A stretch of DNA of 64,000 bases. Origin: Octopus bimaculoides (lineage: Eukaryota). The first letter of the stretch is position 1. Each line of letters starts with the position of its first letter. The DNA is taken from positions 26,360,022 through 26,424,021 of the forward strand of contig NC_068986.1 in assembly GCF_001194135.2 (NCBI RefSeq), given 5' to 3'. The position numbers were made by a program, and so were the translations under genes. This document shows, one piece after another, positions 60,501 to 64,000 of this stretch. The notes under the pieces are model-generated. The model saw only the letters and a list, made by a program, of their open reading frames with translations, was not told the origin of the DNA and ran no database searches.

Positions 60501-62263
60501 ACTCAGAATCTTGGGGTTAGTAGTCCACTCTTTTAACCACTATGCCATATGCCTGTGGGCAATTATGGAGTGAATTTTAGGGCTTATAAATCTAATATTC
60601 TCCTATCCTTCCTTAATACCGGTATATCAGCCGAAACATTGTGTTAACAACAAACAAGATGAGGACAAATATCCGTCAAATATAAATAAGGTAAATAATT
60701 CCTCATCCCTTAAATATAGAAGTTTTAATTGTACTGTCCAACTTTGTGTCCCTGTAAGAAACGATGATTTAGGCAGAGAAGGGAAGGTAACTCCAATAAC
60801 AGTAGCAGGTTTTTCTAGAATAGTTAGGTCAATGTCATAGAATTCAATGTAAATTGCTGGACGATACAAATAAATCACTGAAAAATTGCTGTTTTACACA
60901 GCCTACACTTCAGACAATCAATTAATAAAACTTCAAAGTGACTAAGAGCTCTTATGTTGTCATTTAAACCAAATTAATATCTTAAATTAGACTAGGGCAG
61001 TTGGTAACAGAGAAAATACCATGTACTGTTTAGTTACACTAATTCTTTTACTCTTTTACTTGTTTCAGTCATTTAACAGTAGCCATGCCGGAGCACCGCC
61101 ATTAGTCGAGCAAATCGACCCCAGGACTTATTCTTTGTAAGCCTAGTACTTATTCTACCAGTCTCTTTTGCCGAACTGCTAAGTTACAGGGACGTAAACA
61201 CACCAGCATCGGTTGTCAAGCGATGTTGGTAGGACAAACACAGACACACAAACATACACACACACACATATACATATATATGCATATATACGACGGGCTT
61301 CTTTCAGTTTCCGTCTACCAAATCCACTCACAAAGCTTTGGTCGGCCCGAGGCTATAGTAGAAGACACTTGCCCAAGGTGCCACGCTGTGGGACTGAACC
61401 AGGAGCATGTGGTTCATAAGCAAGCTACTTACCATACTCCTCTGACAAAGTCAACTTTACATTTCATCCTTCTGAAGTAAATAAAGTAAAATAGTAATGA
61501 AGTACTGGGGTTGGTAAAATAAAGTACTAGTATACATATAACCAACCATATATCTCCCCCAAAATGTGTAGCCTTGTACTCATGTTAGAAATTTATATTT
61601 TAGCTATATCACATTAAAAGTAAAAAGACTAACACATACATTATATGTTACCAAGAAGCTTGGTCTATAAGAATTTGCAGTAACCATTATTATCATCATC
61701 ATCATCAGCATCATTTAAGGTCCATTTTCTATGCTGGCATGGGTTGGACAGTTTGACAGGATTTGATGGTCCCAAAGATTGCATCATACTCCTGTGTCTG
61801 TTTCGAATGGTTTCTACAGTTAGATGCCCTTCCTAATGCCAATCACTTTACAGTGTGTACCGAGTGCTTTTTCATACCATCAGCACTATTGGGGTCACTG
61901 TGCAGTTTGCAAGACTACAGAGCTTGAGTAGAAAGGTGGGGGTGCTTTATGCCAATAGCACAAGGAGTAGAGAGGGGTAAAGTACAAGAGAACAGGATGA
62001 GAGCAGAATGGGTTTCTTGCTGAAGAAGAGCTATATGACTATCTGTGTTTTAGAAGAGTGGATGAGTGGGGGGAAGAGTTAGAAAATTGTGATAAGGTGC
62101 CAGAGTGTGAAAAATATATTGTAAGGGGAGTTTGTACCAAGACATGTAATGAAGAGAATTAAATAAAATTAGGTCACTTGAAGATGAAATCACAATGTAA
62201 CAGGCAACTTGACATACCTGAACAATGAATGTTAGAAACAGTATTTGATCCGTTGCCCTCCAT
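50876..62263 (-). CDS. TIR-domain protein with RHIM-like motif and pentapeptide-repeat tail; proposed join of minus-strand exons 62263..62218, 59304..58805, 56928..56901, 51519..50876 (1218 nt = 405 aa + stop)
   Basis: Four exons with canonical splice signals and compatible phases (1,0,1) give one uninterrupted ORF. The 3' exon structure is less certain than the TIR exon. Confidence 0.6.
53486..53773 (+). pseudogene. THAP zinc-finger exon of the transposon (CCICSHY..ISLYKYP..IW..R..CSQH..LPSV)
   Basis: C2CH spacing and the conserved P, W and CSxH residues of THAP; the canonical HF is HS here. Ends at a GTAAGT donor just before an N-gap. Confidence 0.85.
54336..54751. repeat. Long inverted repeat: 191-bp arms 54336-54526 and 54561-54751, 34-nt loop
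   Basis: Arms are reverse complements including a mirrored (CA)n(TA)n tract; one mismatch seen near the loop; the left arm starts at the gap edge. Confidence 0.93.
54860..54985 (-). pseudogene. SAP-domain ORF start of the transposon second gene (MDIKQFDDSAIEVLTVPELKK*LRLYGQYVTGRKADLIERLK)
   Basis: Manual translation matches the SAP pattern LTVxELKxxLRxxGxxxxGxKADLIERL; one in-frame TAA at 54920-54922 explains its absence from the ORF track. Confidence 0.8.
55008..55178. repeat. Tandem duplication of the transposon right end (85-bp and 81-bp units) bounded by ATAGC
   Basis: Units 55008-55092 and 55093-55173 differ by a small indel and a few substitutions. Confidence 0.92.
55983..56245 (+). 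mobile_element. RTE LINE RT C-terminal fragment
   Basis: LSFRVKGRLYDACV..LHGSETWALNAEDM.RLE.NE.SML.WMC..LREKLGI..LHWFGHV. Confidence 0.85.
56901..56928 (-). CDS. TIR gene 28-nt micro-exon (VFGATEKPR-)
   Basis: Strong acceptor gtttcatttttttcag| and donor GAG|GTAAGT; phase 0 in, phase 1 out. Confidence 0.7.
58805..59304 (-). CDS. TIR gene main exon: TIR/TIR_2-like domain (about 59269-58904) followed by RHIM-like segment SIIYVQNAIMQAGHNNVVN (58861-58805)
   Basis: 500-nt stop-free exon; acceptor gtttttttggttttag|, donor AAT|GTAAGT. Pattern ICVFHHDDDEALASDVVDQI..CNLYNE..IFDHLSEITQKCSVIVLLITENM fits the TIR bA-aA-bB-aB-bC order. Confidence 0.82.
60311..60700. mobile_element. Penelope-like element remnant with inverted terminal segments (about 78-bp arms 60311-60389 and 60621-60698)
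   Basis: Arms are reverse complements with a few mismatches; it carries the CTGATGA..GAAAC motif characteristic of Penelope pLTRs. Confidence 0.65.
60366..60409 (-). ncRNA. Minimal type-I hammerhead ribozyme motif (probably degenerate) within the Penelope-like repeat
   Basis: Minus strand reads ACAC-CUGAUGA-A-GGCUG-gagggtatat-CAGCC-GAAAC-AUU-GUGU: both core boxes, a perfect 5-bp stem II, and stem I ACAC/GUGU. Confidence 0.65.
61044..61437 (-). mobile_element. tRNA-derived SINE, same family as 5871-6316
   Basis: Colinear similarity over about 390 bp. Confidence 0.88.
62218..62263 (-). CDS. TIR gene first coding exon (MEGNGSNTVSNIHCS-G); exon 62270..62218 includes 7 nt of 5' UTR
   Basis: Minus-strand acceptor atttttatag|, ATG in ATTATGG context, donor CAG|GTATGT; phase 1 matches the TIR exon acceptor. 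Confidence 0.7.
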
Positions 62264-62419
62264 AATAATTCTATAAAAATAAAACAAATAGATAAATGAA
62301 AATTAAAAGATATAAACACTAAGTTAGAATAAAATGAATCTCTTTAAAATACTGAAAAAGAATATGACAAATTTTAGGGACAACAGAATTTAATTCAAGA
62401 GGCAGTTGGTGTCCAAAAT

Positions 62420-62945
62420 CATTACCTATCTGGGCATTTCGATTTTCATGTGTTTTCATATCATTCACGTATCCTGCTTTTGACAATAGAACATGATCAC
62501 ATATAATACATATCCAATGTTTACTGTTGATTACAGTTCCAACTGTTCCTTTATGACAATCTCTTTTAAGCTCAGAGTGCTGAAACATCTTTTCCTCCCA
62601 AGCATTGCACCTCTCCACTTGTTCCGATCTAGAACATCATTTTTCCTTATCACTTTTGTTCATATCTAGTTTCTTCAGGTTTTCCTTCACACAATCTTTA
62701 TACCTTTTCCTTGGCTTATGTTGTGGTTGCTTACCAGAGTTGAACTCATCATAAAAAGACACTTGGCAAACGCTTGTTTTTCATTCTAATAACATGTCCA
62801 GTCCATCTCATTTGAGCCAAAGTAACATGTTGTTCAATTGAGCTACAACATGCCATGAACAAAACTTCTGTATCTGGTATGAAACATTCCCACTTGACTC
62901 CTAAGATATGTCTAAAGCACTTTTGATGAAATCTCTCATGAAATT
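62420..62945 (-). mobile_element. RTE-type LINE 3' ORF fragment ending in a C2H2-like finger
   Basis: ERFHQKCFRHILGVKW..PDTEVL..SIE..AQMRWTGHVIRM..RLP followed by CIICDHVLLSKAGYVNDMKTH. Confidence 0.8.
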
Positions 62946-62949
62946 TCAA

Positions 62950-63165
62950 GCGTGGCCGTTGCCAGTACCGCCTGACTGGCCTTCGTGCCGGTGGCACGTA
63001 AAAGCACCCACTACACTCTCGAAGTGGTTGGTGTTAGGAAGCTGTAGAAACTCTGCCAAATCAGATTGGAGCCTGATATAGCCACTTGGTCCACCAGTCC
63101 TCAGTCAAATCGTCCAACCCATGCTAGTATGGAAAGCGGACGTTAAACGATGATGATGATGATGA
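62950..63165 (+). mobile_element. RTE LINE 3' end with (GAT)n tail; related copies at 5095-5250 (+), 57029-57297 (-), 14650-14760 (-), 48333-48470 (-), 59400-59600 (-), 61700-61880 (-)
   Basis: Shared motif ...cagtcaaatcgtccaacccatgctagcatggaaagcggacgttaaacgatgatgat. Confidence 0.8.
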
Positions 63166-64000
63166 TATATATATAAAATATAAAATGGGACAAGAACGCA
63201 AAACATCCAGACAGTTAGGTGATACAAAAAAAGGGACAACAAAACATTCAGATAGACAATACAAAGAAAACAAGGATGGGTCATTTGGAGTTTTCTTTCC
63301 TCAGTCGAGTTTCAGATTATCTTTGCAATTTTGGCTGGTTATACTCGAGATTGCTCCAATCTGGCCAGCCCCAAGGAAAAACTAAGCCAAGAGCATTAGA
63401 TTCCTTGGAAGAAAGCAGCGAATGTATACGAAAACAAGGACGGAAAAAAAATGGAGAATGTTACACAAATACAAATAACAGGACATAACATGTTATGTAA
63501 ATAGAAAGAGCTGTAAGTGAAGATGACCAATTTGCTGTTAATAATAAACAATTATTAACTTCACAATCTCCATTTTCTTCTTTTAAATGAATATAAATTG
63601 TTTTTATATATACCTATTATTTTAAGGAAATTCATTCCCTCAAAATACTAGTATTGAACCAGTATTTCCTTTGATGAAACCATCCCTTCATGAAGTTAAC
63701 ATAACCTCTAATTAAATTTAATTATATATATATATAGATAGATAGATACTTTTATGCATTTCAGGCAAAAGGCTGTGGCCTTGCTGGAGCACCCACCAAT
63801 ATTATCATCTTTTCAATGGCCATTCCTGTCTGATTGGCTTTTGGTAAATGAGAGAGTTTAATATTGTGTACCTCGGTTGAGATTCTTGTCATGATGTAGG
63901 TTTATCTCGGATCATGGACAGCAGAAGGTCAAGTTGCTTCTTGGAAACATCTACCCCCACTTCATGTAAATCTGTTTTTTTTTTTTTTTTTTTTTTTTTT

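Noticed and set aside
60720-60878. Possible extra exon of the TIR gene (VIYLYRPAIYIEFYDIDL..)
   Set aside because: The acceptor is plausible but there is no convincing donor; the flanking exons already join in phase without it.

Overview
AT-rich animal genomic DNA with many microsatellites and four N-gaps. The SINE/RTE repeat content suggests an octopus-type cephalopod (inference from repeat families only). Two convergent spliced genes can be reconstructed. (1) A complete 5-exon REEP5/DP1/Yop1 ER-shaping gene on + (CDS 23434-45047, 200 aa, CpG-rich promoter). (2) A minus-strand gene (ATG 62263) whose main exon encodes a TIR-like domain immediately followed by a RHIM-like motif, i.e. a TRIF/TICAM-like layout. 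It continues through 28-nt and 24-nt micro-exons that splice in frame into an array of about 40 NK(A/V)E(P/L) pentapeptide repeats. The rest is transposon-derived: tRNA-SINEs, RTE and I/Ingi-like LINE relics, a GC-rich hAT transposase relic, MULE-, hAT- and piggyBac-like MITEs, a Penelope-like repeat carrying a minimal hammerhead ribozyme motif, and a TIR-bounded DNA transposon with convergent THAP and SAP ORFs (ISL2EU/PHIS-like) that contains a 191-bp hairpin and a duplicated right end. All calls come from manual reading; no searches were run.
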